Assembly (NCBI GenBank): GCA_965140585.1
Contig: OZ223269.1
Location: forward strand, 800,001-864,000
Direction: 5' to 3'
Length of the DNA stretch: 64,000 bases
Origin: Spirochaetia bacterium
GTDB taxonomy: Bacteria; Spirochaetota; Spirochaetia; UBA9216
Below are positions 63,467 through 64,000 of the stretch, piece by piece. The notes below the pieces were generated by a model. The model worked only from the letters and a program-made list of their open reading frames with translations. It searched no databases and was not told where the DNA came from. The position numbers and the translations under genes are program-made. Numbering within the stretch: the first letter of the stretch is position 1; each line of letters begins with the position of its first letter.

Positions 63467-63787
63467 ATGGGTGCGATTGGAGTCATACTGCTGGTTTTAT
63501 TCAGCATAAGCGCAGTTCTTTTAATTATCATAGTCCTTCTGCAGGATGAGCAGGGTGAAGGTCTTGGCGGAATATTCGGAGGCGGAAGTTCTTCAGCCTT
63601 TGGAAGCAGATCCGGAAATATTTTAACAAAGTTTACATCAGTACTTGGAGCAATTTTTATTATTTGCGCATTCTCACTAGCGTGGTTTAACAGATCTGTT
63701 GATGACAGTGACGTTTTAAAGGCGGCAAGAGAGAATATGCAGAATACTGAAGATGCAGGCGACTGGTGGGACGTACCTACCGAATAA
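63467..63787 (+). CDS. secG: Preprotein translocase subunit SecG
   Basis: Two TMs around VLLQ...GLGGIFGGG...FG...LTKFT; follows tpiA. Confidence 0.95.
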   Translation: MGAIGVILLVLFSISAVLLIIIVLLQDEQGEGLGGIFGGGSSSAFGSRSGNILTKFTSVLGAIFIICAFSLAWFNRSVDDSDVLKAARENMQNTEDAGDWWDVPTE

Positions 63788-63805
63788 TTTTTAACGGAAG
63801 TAACC

Positions 63806-64000
63806 GTGAATCATAGAAAAATATTTATACTTTTATCCCTTTTACTTACAGGCGGAATAGTTTTTGGACAGTTGGTTATTGATAAACCGGCTGCATCTGT
63901 AAATTTGTCAAAGCCTGAAATGATATCAGTCAAACAGCTGGAAGCACAGGTCAATATGCTGAATCAGCTCCGGGTCCGTTCAGGACTTCCTGCTGTTTCT
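63806..64000 (+). CDS. Exported protein, possibly SurA/PPIase-like (3'-truncated)
   Basis: Not in the ORF track. GTG 63806 is open to the window end: MNHRKIFILLSLLLTGGIVFGQLVIDKPAASVNLSKPEMISVKQLE... The signal peptide is clear; the family call is from recollection of spirochete SurA N-termini. Confidence 0.6.
   Translation, partial: MNHRKIFILLSLLLTGGIVFGQLVIDKPAASVNLSKPEMISVKQLEAQVNMLNQLRVRSGLPAVS

Overview
Chromosomal window from a free-living spirochete (Spirochaetales-like). The assignment is inferred from gene orders I recall from Borrelia/Treponema: murI-rsgA-mutS2-hyp-V-ATPase, uvrA-lptD-like, and ybeY-corC-TPR-gap-pgk-tpi-secG. The first ~11 kb is a group II Mo-nitrogenase cluster (3' part of nifA, nifH, nifI1, nifI2, nifD, K, E, N, B, a [2Fe-2S] ferredoxin, then an MFS transporter). 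It is driven by a clear sigma54 promoter with IHF-like sites and a repeated non-canonical TACA-N4-TGTA dyad. A convergent, tightly coupled 5-gene operon follows: secreted protein, REC-like/PilZ, AmrS-type radical SAM, stand-alone nucleotidyltransferase, metallophosphoesterase. The remainder is mostly housekeeping: mfd, trmB, citrate synthase, pdhABC (no E3) behind a split-barrel flavoprotein-like gene, two different EF-G paralogs in tandem separated by twin perfect 15-bp hairpins, tRNA-Val, yggS, rluD, murI, rsgA, mutS2, a probable Na+ V-type ATPase operon, ispG, uvrA, lptD-like, phoH, 7TM-HD, ybeY, corC, gap, pgk, tpiA and secG. mutS2 and the lptD-like gene probably start at CTG codons. I saw no mobile element, CRISPR array or rRNA. 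All calls come from motif recognition by eye; no database searches were run.
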